From a virus, in the IMG/VR virus record IMGVR_UViG_3300025610_000001: a DNA stretch of 64,000 nucleotides. One strand, 5' to 3'. The position numbers and the translations under genes are program-made. Positions 1 to 6,101 of this stretch are shown one piece after another. Each line of letters opens with the position of its first letter. The stretch's first letter is position 1. The notes beneath the pieces are model-generated. The model saw only the letters and a program-made list of their open reading frames with translations. It had not been told where the DNA came from and did not search any database.

Positions 1-25
1 CATTCACGCCTATTACCATAAACCT

Positions 26-68
26 AAAAAAAAGGGGCATAAAGCCCCTAATTTTATCCGTTTTTGAA
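26..68 (-). terminator. Cassette terminator module T1: hairpin plus T8, with a conserved box
   Basis: Plus-strand A8 at 26-33 and stem GGGGC/GCCCC at 34-38/44-48. Box AATTTTATCCGTTTTTGAA at 50-68. Lies directly 3' of gene 87..335. The same module recurs at 445, 1124, 2747 and 4292. Confidence 0.6.
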
Positions 69-86
69 TCATTTTAGATTCAAATG

Positions 87-335
87 TCATTCATTGATGA
101 CACTAATGAGCAAACTAAGCATTGCGATTCTTTGTTCATTGAAGACACCCGAATCTTTGATGATTTCAAACATTGCCTTCAATAGTTCTTGTTCGCTACA
201 TCCTACGGGAATATAGCCATCAGTGCTTGCATCATAAATCAATGTCGCTCTATCCTCGATGTATTCGAGTACTTTTGCTAGTGTTTCAGCCGCTTTGATT
301 ATTCGTTCAAGTTGTGCATCATTTTCTGTCTGCAT
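87..335 (-). CDS. Small acidic protein, 82 aa, unknown function
   Basis: Track ORF 87..446 trimmed, because its residues LTICFGNL are the promoter motif read through. ATG 335 lies exactly 19 nt after the TATA box. Confidence 0.7.
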   Translation of the reverse strand: MQTENDAQLERIIKAAETLAKVLEYIEDRATLIYDASTDGYIPVGCSEQELLKAMFEIIKDSGVFNEQRIAMLSLLISVINE

Positions 336-354
336 GATTATATTATGTCTTTGA

Positions 355-388
355 ATATATAGTGGTAAATTGCCAAAGCATATGGTAA
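355..388 (-). promoter_or_regulatory. Promoter P1: 19-bp operator TTACCATATGCTTTGGCAA (388-370) plus TATA box CTATATAT (362-355)
   Basis: One of 7 near-identical copies. The box-to-ATG spacer is exactly 19 nt, implying a leaderless mRNA. Confidence 0.65.
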
Positions 389-444
389 GATAAAGATTGT
401 TCAGCATGAACACACAATAAAACATATAATCTGTTCTGCCCCAC

Positions 445-485
445 AAAAAAAGAGGGCAAAGCCCTCAATTTTATCCGTTTTTGAG
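445..485 (-). terminator. Cassette terminator module T2
   Basis: A7 at 445-451, stem GAGGGC/GCCCTC at 452-466, box AATTTTATCCGTTTTTGAG at 467-485. Lies 3' of gene 497..736. Confidence 0.6.
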
Positions 486-496
486 TCAAATGTGAG

Positions 497-736
497 TTAT
501 TCTTCTTCATCTTTTTTGGCTTTTTTGTACTTTTCAAGCCATACTCTCGCCATAAATGCCACCCATTTTGGCGACTGTTTGAGTTCTTCGCCTAAACAAT
601 GAGGACAAATCGCTTCTTTGTCATTTATCCACATCATCTCTTCTTCATGAGTTTTGCAATACATAGAAACCGAACCGAGTTTTAGTTTGAAATCTTCAGA
701 CAATTCGATACCCCCGCATATTCTTCCATTCTCCAT
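497..736 (-). CDS. Small Cys-containing protein, 79 aa, possible zinc ribbon, lysine/glutamate-rich tail
   Basis: ATG 736 is preceded by GGTGA 8 nt upstream. Contains C..C...CPHC. Overlaps the upstream gene by 41 nt in another frame. Confidence 0.55.
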   Translation of the reverse strand: MENGRICGGIELSEDFKLKLGSVSMYCKTHEEEMMWINDKEAICPHCLGEELKQSPKWVAFMARVWLEKYKKAKKDEEE

Positions 737-1016
737 CCCACAATTCACCGTTGAGAAACCATTTAAAGTTTTTTTGTTGAATATGCACATTAGGCAATCC
801 ATTAAGGCGTTCTTTAGTGGTGTTGGTGAAATATCCCGCATTTGTTATTAAAAGTCCTTCTTTCCTGTTTTGTCGAGCGATTAGGTTTCCGTGAAGGTAT
901 AGTTTTGTGGTGATGTCATGGGGGGAATCATCTAAAACCCTAACTTCGGTATTACCTCGCTTAAACGGTTCTTCAGTCCTAAATGCCCATATTGCTTCTT
1001 GCGTAATCTTTCGCAT
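696..1016 (-). CDS. Hypothetical protein, 106 aa
   Basis: Track ORF 696..1088 trimmed to ATG 1016, which is 19 nt after TATA box CTTATATC (1043-1036). Confidence 0.7.
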   Translation of the reverse strand: MRKITQEAIWAFRTEEPFKRGNTEVRVLDDSPHDITTKLYLHGNLIARQNRKEGLLITNAGYFTNTTKERLNGLPNVHIQQKNFKWFLNGELWDGEWKNMRGYRIV

Positions 1017-1035
1017 GATAATATGAGGGTTTGGT

Positions 1036-1068
1036 GATATAAGCGTAAATTGCCAAAGCATATGGTAA
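1036..1068 (-). promoter_or_regulatory. Promoter P2: operator 1068-1050 plus TATA 1043-1036
   Basis: Identical 19-mer TTACCATATGCTTTGGCAA. 19-nt spacer to ATG 1016. Confidence 0.65.
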
Positions 1069-1123
1069 GACGTATTGACGTAAGGCAATACAACAACAAA
1101 TAAACATTAAGTTGTCGCACCCT

Positions 1124-1164
1124 AAAAAAAGAGGCTTTCGCCTCAATTTTTGTCCTTTTTTGAG
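1124..1164 (-). terminator. Cassette terminator module T3
   Basis: A7 at 1124-1130, stem GAGGC/GCCTC at 1131-1144, box AATTTTTGTCCTTTTTTGAG at 1145-1164. Confidence 0.55.
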
Positions 1165-1177
1165 ATAACTTTGTTAA

Positions 1178-1519
1178 TCACCAAAGTTTTTCATAAATAT
1201 CTCGATAATGTTGGAACAAAATCTCATTGAATTTCATTTCATACCATTCGCCAATTCTTAATCTCATATAGAAGATTGGGTCATATCCAGCATCATCTTT
1301 TCGAATTCTGAGAATAGTGGAGTCCCTACCCAATATGATGACTAATTCGTTAAATTGGTAAAGCAGGTGATGGTTGAGTTGCTCAATTTGAGAATCGGCT
1401 AAATCAATGATTTTTTGTTTCGTAATGGATTCCCCGTATTGTTTAATTATATCATCAACCAATGATTTTAATTGTTCATCAGTTCCCAAACAGGTGTATA
1501 TTTCAGTATCTTCGCTCAT
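1178..1519 (-). CDS. Acidic hypothetical protein, 113 aa
   Basis: Long ORF with GGAGGAAG SD upstream. Third gene of a 3-gene cassette. Confidence 0.75.
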   Translation of the reverse strand: MSEDTEIYTCLGTDEQLKSLVDDIIKQYGESITKQKIIDLADSQIEQLNHHLLYQFNELVIILGRDSTILRIRKDDAGYDPIFYMRLRIGEWYEMKFNEILFQHYRDIYEKLW

Positions 1520-1657
1520 TTATTCTTCCTCCGTTTTGTTCATAATTTCAACGATTTGACCCTTAAGGTCTTTTGCTCGATTCAATGAAAGGATATGTTC
1601 AATAAAATCCGCTTCATCAATCGCATCCATTGTGATAGTTAGTTTAAAAGTTCTCAT
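1520..1657 (-). CDS. Micro-protein, 45 aa (MRTFKLTITMDAIDEADFIEH...)
   Basis: Not in the track because it is under 60 aa. GGAGGAATACCAATG SD. ATGA overlap with the upstream gene, and its stop abuts the downstream ATG. Confidence 0.5.
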   Translation of the reverse strand: MRTFKLTITMDAIDEADFIEHILSLNRAKDLKGQIVEIMNKTEEE

Positions 1658-1842
1658 TGGTATTCCTCCTTTGTTATTGCGTTTTGAACTGCTACTTTGT
1701 TAAAGTATTCAATAATGGCAATAATAGCCATTTCTTCTTGAAAAATATCAATTAGGGGTTGTATTTTTCTTACATCTTCTTCAGGCATGATTTCAAACTT
1801 CACGCCTTGTTCTTCTAATCTCTTCATGGGGTCTTGCTCCAT
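1654..1842 (-). CDS. Small protein, 62 aa
   Basis: Track ORF 1654..1953 trimmed to ATG 1842, 19 nt after TATA box TCATATAT (1869-1862). Confidence 0.65.
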   Translation of the reverse strand: MEQDPMKRLEEQGVKFEIMPEEDVRKIQPLIDIFQEEMAIIAIIEYFNKVAVQNAITKEEYQ

Positions 1843-1861
1843 ATTTACATAATACAATAGG

Positions 1862-1895
1862 ATATATGAAGATAAATTGCCAAAGCATATGGTAA
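1862..1895 (-). promoter_or_regulatory. Promoter P3: operator 1895-1877 plus TATA 1869-1862
   Basis: Identical 19-mer. 19-nt spacer to ATG 1842. Confidence 0.65.
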
Positions 1896-1966
1896 TGGTC
1901 AAGCAACACGGTTTTCGAAAGTAACAAGCGTTTATGCGTAGCATAATGACCATTACCTCAACGAAT

Positions 1967-2020
1967 AAAAAAACAGCCCAGAAACGTGCGTAAATGTTAG
2001 ATTGTACACGTTTCTGGGCT
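1967..2020 (-). terminator. Strong hairpin terminator: 14-bp stem followed by T7
   Basis: AGCCCAGAAACGTG (1975-1988) pairs with CACGTTTCTGGGCT (2007-2020). On the minus strand a T7 follows (plus-strand A7 at 1967-1973). Lies 3' of gene 2058..2597. Confidence 0.7.
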
Positions 2021-2057
2021 TAATGAGTAAAAGGGTGGCGCAACCCTGCTAATTACC

Positions 2058-2597
2058 TCAAGCATCCTCCTTTAGTGGCATATTGTAAAGAGGCTCGCCA
2101 CTCTCGCCCCATGTGAGTCCGTTTCCAAAGTGCGACTTTGTTCGATTGATTGCCTTATCGACAATACAATGCTGAATAAGTGCCTTTGCTGTGCCGTAAA
2201 TGTCATTCTTAGAAGGACTTTTACAGATTGATGAAAGAAGTGCTTGGTCATCTTCATCAAGGTTTTCGACCATGCGTGTAGCAATTTGATTCATGCGACC
2301 ATCAAAGTTTCGCATTTCTGGGCCGTAGTCTTTTGTTGGTTGTCCCTGTGAAGGTACATCCAAATCGAGTTCTCTTGCGACTGGTGAGTTATTTCGCCAA
2401 TACTTAGCGATTGCTTTCTCATCAGCAGTTTCAAGAGTACTGCGTTGGTTTTCAAAATAGTCTGAAAGGGTCAAATCCATGATTTGAGCCTTAAGAGCCA
2501 TATTGCTCTCAATCAGTCCATTGTCTTGCTTTGCTTTTAGACTAACATGAATTCGATTCATGCGTTCATCCAATTGTTCAAACGTTATTCCTGTCAT
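2058..2597 (-). CDS. Paralog A of a two-member family, 179 aa, unknown function
   Basis: Start chosen by GAGGTG SD and by alignment to paralog B (MTGITFEQLDERMNRI versus ELTIETLTDRMARI). The alternative near-leaderless start is ATG 2639. Shared core is AKYWRNxSPxARELDLDVPSQGQPxKDYGP. Confidence 0.7.
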   Translation of the reverse strand: MTGITFEQLDERMNRIHVSLKAKQDNGLIESNMALKAQIMDLTLSDYFENQRSTLETADEKAIAKYWRNNSPVARELDLDVPSQGQPTKDYGPEMRNFDGRMNQIATRMVENLDEDDQALLSSICKSPSKNDIYGTAKALIQHCIVDKAINRTKSHFGNGLTWGESGEPLYNMPLKEDA

Positions 2598-2656
2598 AAT
2601 TTTCACCTCAAATGTTGGGTTTTCGCTGGGTTGCGCCATTCATACTATGTTATTGG

Positions 2657-2690
2657 ATATATAATAGCAAATTGCCAAAGCATATGGTAA
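2657..2690 (-). promoter_or_regulatory. Promoter P4: operator 2690-2672 plus TATA 2664-2657
   Basis: Identical 19-mer. The predicted start site falls within 2 nt of ATG 2639. Confidence 0.6.
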
Positions 2691-2746
2691 GGAAAATCGT
2701 TTAGATACAAATAAATCGTTAAGAACGATTAACGATTGACGACCAC

Positions 2747-2788
2747 AAAAAAAATGGAGGCATAGCCTCCAAATTTTCATCCTTTGAG
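2747..2788 (-). terminator. Cassette terminator module T4
   Basis: A8 at 2747-2754, stem TGGAGGC/GCCTCCA at 2755-2771, box AAATTTTCATCCTTTGAG at 2771-2788. Confidence 0.6.
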
Positions 2789-2803
2789 TCATTGGGTCAC
2801 AAT

Positions 2804-3112
2804 TCAAAGCAAATTGTGAGTTCTGACCGTGTAGCGTTCACCCTTGAGTTTATCGAGGGTTTCCACAAGTAACTTGTACTTTGGATTTGGGACATCAACT
2901 TTGGTGATGATTCCAAAATCGTTCTCCATTGGAGTTTTGATTGTTGGTCGCTTCCAACCACCCTTCGATGAAAGATTTACGGCCTCCCATGCAATTGTCA
3001 TCTTGTAGTCATCGTTGAGCCGTAGGGCTTCATTCTCAGCCTTGTGTGGGTTTTGGTAGCGGCCCACGACCTTTTCTTTCTTCGTATCGTATATTTCATG
3101 CACTTTGAACAT
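2804..3112 (-). CDS. Hypothetical protein, 102 aa
   Basis: Track ORF. GGAGGC SD 6 nt upstream of ATG 3112. Confidence 0.75.
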   Translation of the reverse strand: MFKVHEIYDTKKEKVVGRYQNPHKAENEALRLNDDYKMTIAWEAVNLSSKGGWKRPTIKTPMENDFGIITKVDVPNPKYKLLVETLDKLKGERYTVRTHNLL

Positions 3113-3148
3113 TATTCTGCCTCCAGTGATGATATTATATTATTGGAA

Positions 3149-3180
3149 CTATAATGGAAAAATGCCAAAGCATATGGTAA
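3149..3180 (-). promoter_or_regulatory. Promoter P5: operator variant TTACCATATGCTTTGGCAT (3180-3162) plus TATA-like CATTATAG (3156-3149)
   Basis: 18 of 19 positions match the consensus. The predicted transcript has a leader of about 17 nt containing the SD. Confidence 0.55.
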
Positions 3181-3299
3181 TGATAAGCGATGGAAATAAC
3201 GTCAAGTATATCGCGTTTTATACGCAGTATAAATATCATTACCTCAAAAATAAAAAAATTGAGGGCATCCACCCAACAGAACCTACTAAGGCAGACGCT

Positions 3300-3562
3300 T
3301 TTACTTGATTAGACATTAACTAGTATTGCCTTTCTATCTATAACGTGTGCATGTTCGTGAACTGCGGGTTTCAGCCCCTAATGGTTTCTTATGGCCAATT
3401 ATACGCCATTGGAGATTAAAGGACAGGTAAGGGGGAATGCTTCAGTTATTGAATCAACTTGCACCACGCCAAACGGCTCTTGTTTTTGTGGCGAATCAAT
3501 TTTTCACATTCCCCCCTTCCATTGTATCATATTCAATGATACTTGATGAATAGGGCGACAAA
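3300..3562. other. ORF-free structured spacer; candidate ncRNA or complex 3' UTR
   Basis: No ORF on either strand. AAGGGGGAATG (3429-3439) pairs with CATTCCCCCCTT (3507-3518). Inner hairpin 3467-3493. GTATCAT/ATGATAC hairpin around 3524-3542. Visibly more G+C than the flanks. Confidence 0.3.
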
Positions 3563-3581
3563 AGCGGTTTCAAACCAAAAT
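3563..3581. repeat. Left arm of an inverted repeat flanking gene 3581..4126
   Basis: AGCGGTTTCAAACCAAAAT. Its reverse complement matches 4158-4176 at 17 of 19 positions, with a 12-nt perfect core TTTGAAACCGCT. Confidence 0.6.
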
Positions 3582-4126
3582 CAACCTTGTGTGTCCTCCA
3601 CGTTAAATGAAGGCATATCGTTTTCTCCCCATGACAAAGTTTCATTGTCATGGTGCGAGCGCACACGATTTCGTGCCTTTTCTACGAGGTTATGTTCAAG
3701 ACATGCCTCAATAGATGCGTAGCCGTCGTTTTTGCTTGGGCTTCGAGGCATAGCCATCAAAGCGTCAGCAAGACGAGAATCCTCATGGTTTTGGATTGAT
3801 TCAGCCAATACACCGAGAATGATGGTAAAAATACCATCCCATGTAGCCATACTTGGCCCATAGTCTTTTTTTGGTTGTCCTTGAGATGGAACATCGAGGT
3901 CTAATTCTCTTGCGATTGGGGAAACATTCCGCCAATACTTTGCAAGTTCCTTAGAATCTGCGTTGCTCATATCAGACTGATGCCAGTCATCAAGGGTTAG
4001 TTGCATGATTTGTGCCTTAATCGCCAAGTTAGATGGGATAAGGTCACTATCACGCTTTGTTTGAAGAGATGACTCGATTCGGGCCATCCTGTCCGTTAGT
4101 GTTTCAATTGTTAGTTCTGTTGCCAT
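3581..4126 (-). CDS. Paralog B of the 2058..2597 family, 181 aa
   Basis: Track ORF with AGGAGGAAAAAGTATG SD. Shares a long conserved core with paralog A. Confidence 0.8.
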   Translation of the reverse strand: MATELTIETLTDRMARIESSLQTKRDSDLIPSNLAIKAQIMQLTLDDWHQSDMSNADSKELAKYWRNVSPIARELDLDVPSQGQPKKDYGPSMATWDGIFTIILGVLAESIQNHEDSRLADALMAMPRSPSKNDGYASIEACLEHNLVEKARNRVRSHHDNETLSWGENDMPSFNVEDTQG

Positions 4127-4157
4127 ACTTTTTCCTCCTGTGTTAAAAGAAGGTCAA

Positions 4158-4176
4158 AATTTGATTTGAAACCGCT
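4158..4176. repeat. Right arm of the inverted repeat flanking gene 3581..4126
   Basis: AATTTGATTTGAAACCGCT, located in the 5' UTR of the minus-strand gene. Confidence 0.6.
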
Positions 4177-4201
4177 AATGCCAACTATCCTATGCCTTTG
4201 G

Positions 4202-4235
4202 ATATATAATGGGATTTTGCCAAAGCATATGGTAA
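4202..4235 (-). promoter_or_regulatory. Promoter P6: operator 4235-4217 plus TATA 4209-4202
   Basis: Identical 19-mer. Predicted leader of about 55 nt that contains the IR arm and the SD. Confidence 0.6.
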
Positions 4236-4291
4236 GATAAAAAGTTCTCCAGTAAATAACGCACTAAAGTATTGAACTTGACTCTTACCCT

Positions 4292-4329
4292 AAAAAAACA
4301 GGGCCAAAGCCCTGAATTTTCATCCTTTA
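4292..4329 (-). terminator. Cassette terminator module T5
   Basis: A7 at 4292-4298, stem CAGGGC/GCCCTG at 4299-4314, box AATTTTCATCCTTTA at 4315-4329. Confidence 0.6.
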
Positions 4330-4345
4330 TTCCAGTAGAATTGAT

Positions 4346-4588
4346 TTAATCATGTAATGTTGGAGAAAATGGGTCTTGTCCACCTACATTTTTTCCAGCA
4401 TCACAAGTTGGGCAAGTGAGAAACATAACTCCATTATCCCAGCCACTATGAATTTCATCTCCACAATCTGCACATAATCCCATTGTTGCACAATTCTCTT
4501 GATGGTCATAACATGGGTTACAGTAAAGGGTTTCAATTCCCAGAACTGTGCAGGTTTGGTTATTACAGTCTTTTGTTTTGCATTTCAT
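4346..4588 (-). CDS. Cys-rich, multi-CxxC metal-binding small protein, 80 aa
   Basis: Track ORF with 14 Cys, including CNPC, CADC and CPTC. ATG 4588 lies 19 nt after TATA box CTATATAC (4615-4608). Confidence 0.75.
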   Translation of the reverse strand: MKCKTKDCNNQTCTVLGIETLYCNPCYDHQENCATMGLCADCGDEIHSGWDNGVMFLTCPTCDAGKNVGGQDPFSPTLHD

Positions 4589-4607
4589 GATAATACTGTA
4601 TCTTTGA

Positions 4608-4644
4608 GTATATAGTATAAAATTGTCAAAGCATATGATTGTAA
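4608..4644 (-). promoter_or_regulatory. Promoter P7: degenerate operator TTACAATCATATGCTTTGACAA (4644-4623) plus TATA 4615-4608
   Basis: Same architecture and the same 19-nt spacer to the ATG. Confidence 0.55.
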
Positions 4645-4653
4645 ATTTATGGT

Positions 4654-4680
4654 TTACCCAACCATATGGCTTTGTTGCAA
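4654..4680 (+). promoter_or_regulatory. Plus-oriented degenerate operator copy TTACCCAACCATATGGCTTTGTTGCAA
   Basis: Faces P7 head-to-head across about 10 bp in the divergent control region. Followed by a T/A-rich tract. Confidence 0.35.
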
Positions 4681-4774
4681 ATTTTTATTTATTATTTATT
4701 TTAAAGAATAAACGGCTTATTAGTTAAGATTACATCACTTGGGCTAACATATTATTACAGAAGACCCGCTACAC

Positions 4775-4782
4775 TTATAATA
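4775..4782 (+). promoter_or_regulatory. TATA-like box TTATAATA 19 nt upstream of ATG 4802
   Basis: Same box-19 nt-ATG geometry as the minus-strand cassettes. No SD precedes ATG 4802. Confidence 0.45.
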
Positions 4783-4801
4783 TGAACGAACTTAGAACAA
4801 A

Positions 4802-5038
4802 ATGAGCCTGATGAGTAGTTCAGATACTCTTGAACAACAGATAAATAGAAATGTAGATACCATTAAATCACAATTAGAAGATATATTAGGTATCATTAAA
4901 GATAATACAGACAAAACATTATCTGAGAAAGAATTAAAAATACTTAAGAATATTCAAAGTAAGATACAAATACTTAAGAAACAAATAACTGATGTATTAA
5001 ATATTAAAACAAATACTAAACAAACAAAATTATTTTAA
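4802..5038 (+). CDS. Coiled-coil-like small protein, 78 aa; first gene of the plus-strand block
   Basis: Track ORF. Predicted to be leaderless. Confidence 0.6.
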   Translation: MSLMSSSDTLEQQINRNVDTIKSQLEDILGIIKDNTDKTLSEKELKILKNIQSKIQILKKQITDVLNIKTNTKQTKLF

Positions 5039-5120
5039 AAGAAAATAATAAATAAATAAAACATTTTTATTCTGGTTATACATAAAAAATAAAAAATAAA
5101 AAAACGCAAGTGCCAAAAAA

Positions 5121-5144
5121 ATTCCAGCCCAAATTTTGAGAAAA
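5121..5144 (+). promoter_or_regulatory. Intergenic repeat copy A: ATTCCAGCCCAAATTTTGAGAAAA
   Basis: 24-mer repeated at 5542-5565 (identical) and 5802-5825 (1 mismatch). Each copy fills the gap just before an SD-ATG. Confidence 0.5.
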
Positions 5145-5158
5145 AAGAGATGATTAAC

Positions 5159-5539
5159 ATGAATTGGCAAAATATTCTTAAAAATACTAAAAAAGATATT
5201 TTAGAGGGCCTTCATATTCTACAACAAAATATTACTCCAGACATTCTAGAAAAACATACAATGGAAAGAGGCATACATATGTTTAATATAAAAAAGAAAA
5301 ATGATAGTTTTTATTTTGGTCGTGTTAATCTGCGAATAAACGAACCTAAACCTGCTGGTTTTGGTTCTTCAAAAAATATCAAAAAACCTAAAGAAAAAAT
5401 TGTTTCTATAATTAAAGAACTTAAAGAAAGCAATTTGAAAAATTATTCCGATGAGAATGGAAAACTTAGGGCATTATTCGTAGTGATTACTCCAAACGTT
5501 GATGAACAATACCTAGAGATAGATATGAAGCGTAAATAA
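5159..5539 (+). CDS. W-tag protein (MNWQNILK...), 126 aa, unknown function
   Basis: Track ORF 5150..5539 trimmed. GATGATTAAC acts as the SD-like junction before ATG 5159. Confidence 0.7.
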   Translation: MNWQNILKNTKKDILEGLHILQQNITPDILEKHTMERGIHMFNIKKKNDSFYFGRVNLRINEPKPAGFGSSKNIKKPKEKIVSIIKELKESNLKNYSDENGKLRALFVVITPNVDEQYLEIDMKRK

Positions 5540-5541
5540 AA

Positions 5542-5565
5542 ATTCCAGCCCAAATTTTGAGAAAA
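5542..5565 (+). promoter_or_regulatory. Intergenic repeat copy B
   Basis: Identical 24-mer, immediately after the stop at 5539. Confidence 0.5.
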
Positions 5566-5576
5566 ACGTGATTACT

Positions 5577-5795
5577 ATGTGGAAAGACGAAATTATTAAA
5601 CGACAACCAAGAGATGTGCAACTAGAAAAGAATATTAATAGATTTATCAAAGAAATTGAAAATATGGAAAACAGATTATCAACAATGGATATGTATATTC
5701 CTTTACCTCAAAAAGCAGAAAGACCAATTAAAAAGGCTCTTAAGGCTTTAGAAGAGGCAGAAGAGGCACTAAGAGATGTTCTCGATGAAGTTTGA
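5577..5795 (+). CDS. W-tag protein (MWKDEIIK...), 72 aa
   Basis: The GTG at 5568 is part of the SD GTGATTACT. ATG 5577. Confidence 0.7.
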   Translation: MWKDEIIKRQPRDVQLEKNINRFIKEIENMENRLSTMDMYIPLPQKAERPIKKALKALEEAEEALRDVLDEV

Positions 5796-5801
5796 AAAAA
5801 A

Positions 5802-5825
5802 ATTCCAGCCCAAAATTTGAGAAAA
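5802..5825 (+). promoter_or_regulatory. Intergenic repeat copy C
   Basis: ATTCCAGCCCAAAATTTGAGAAAA. Confidence 0.5.
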
Positions 5826-5836
5826 GGTGATTAAAG

Positions 5837-6097
5837 ATGAAATGGGAAGATATATTAAAAGACACCAATACAGCAATAGCGAAGATTCTAAGTAAAATAT
5901 TTGTAAAAGAGTATATTCAAGAACTCTTAGCAAAGCCTAATCCGAAACAAGCGACTATTGAAGTATTAGAAAGTGAAATTAAATATACAAAACGAACTAT
6001 GGAAACCATAGTTCCTTATAAAATCCTAATAGAAGAACATCGAAAAAAGATTGCTAAATATGAAGAGGCTATTGAGAAAATAAAGAATTTAAAGTGA
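5837..6097 (+). CDS. W-tag protein (MKWEDILK...), 86 aa
   Basis: Track ORF with AGGTGATTAAAG SD. Confidence 0.75.
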   Translation: MKWEDILKDTNTAIAKILSKIFVKEYIQELLAKPNPKQATIEVLESEIKYTKRTMETIVPYKILIEEHRKKIAKYEEAIEKIKNLK

Positions 6098-6101
6098 TAT
6101 T

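Noticed and set aside
370-388. Reading TTGGCA/TTGACA within the operator as a bacterial -35 box, with TATATA as the -10
   Set aside because: The spacing is about 9 nt rather than 16-18 nt. The second TA-rich element ends only 3 nt before the ATG in four cassettes, which is incompatible with a -10 followed by a start site. A bacterial alternative, such as a phage-specific polymerase promoter, cannot be fully excluded.
87-1953. N-terminal extensions of track ORFs 87..446, 696..1088 and 1654..1953
   Set aside because: The extensions translate the promoter element itself: the recurring peptides LTICFGNL and SYHMLWQF are the 19-bp operator read in two frames. The real starts are the ATGs 19 nt after the TATA boxes.
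3105-3308. Plus-strand ORF of 67 aa
   Set aside because: It spans promoter P5 and the intergenic spacer, has no SD and contains the operator in frame. It is an artefact.
3300-3580. tRNA or tmRNA in the ORF-free spacer
   Set aside because: No T-loop (GTTCRANYC) or cloverleaf arrangement was found by eye. Only generic stems were seen, so it is kept only as a low-confidence structured-RNA candidate.
4678-5063. A/T-rich inverted arms (TTTTATTTATTATTTATTTT and AAAATAATAAATAAATAAAA) flanking the first plus-strand gene
   Set aside because: The sequence is low-complexity and matches only approximately. This is likely compositional coincidence.
355-5825. Possible CRISPR array formed by the repeated 19-mers and 24-mers
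   Set aside because: The repeats are 260-1100 bp apart with whole genes between them. Each is tied to a TATA box or an SD-ATG, and there is no regular repeat-spacer periodicity.
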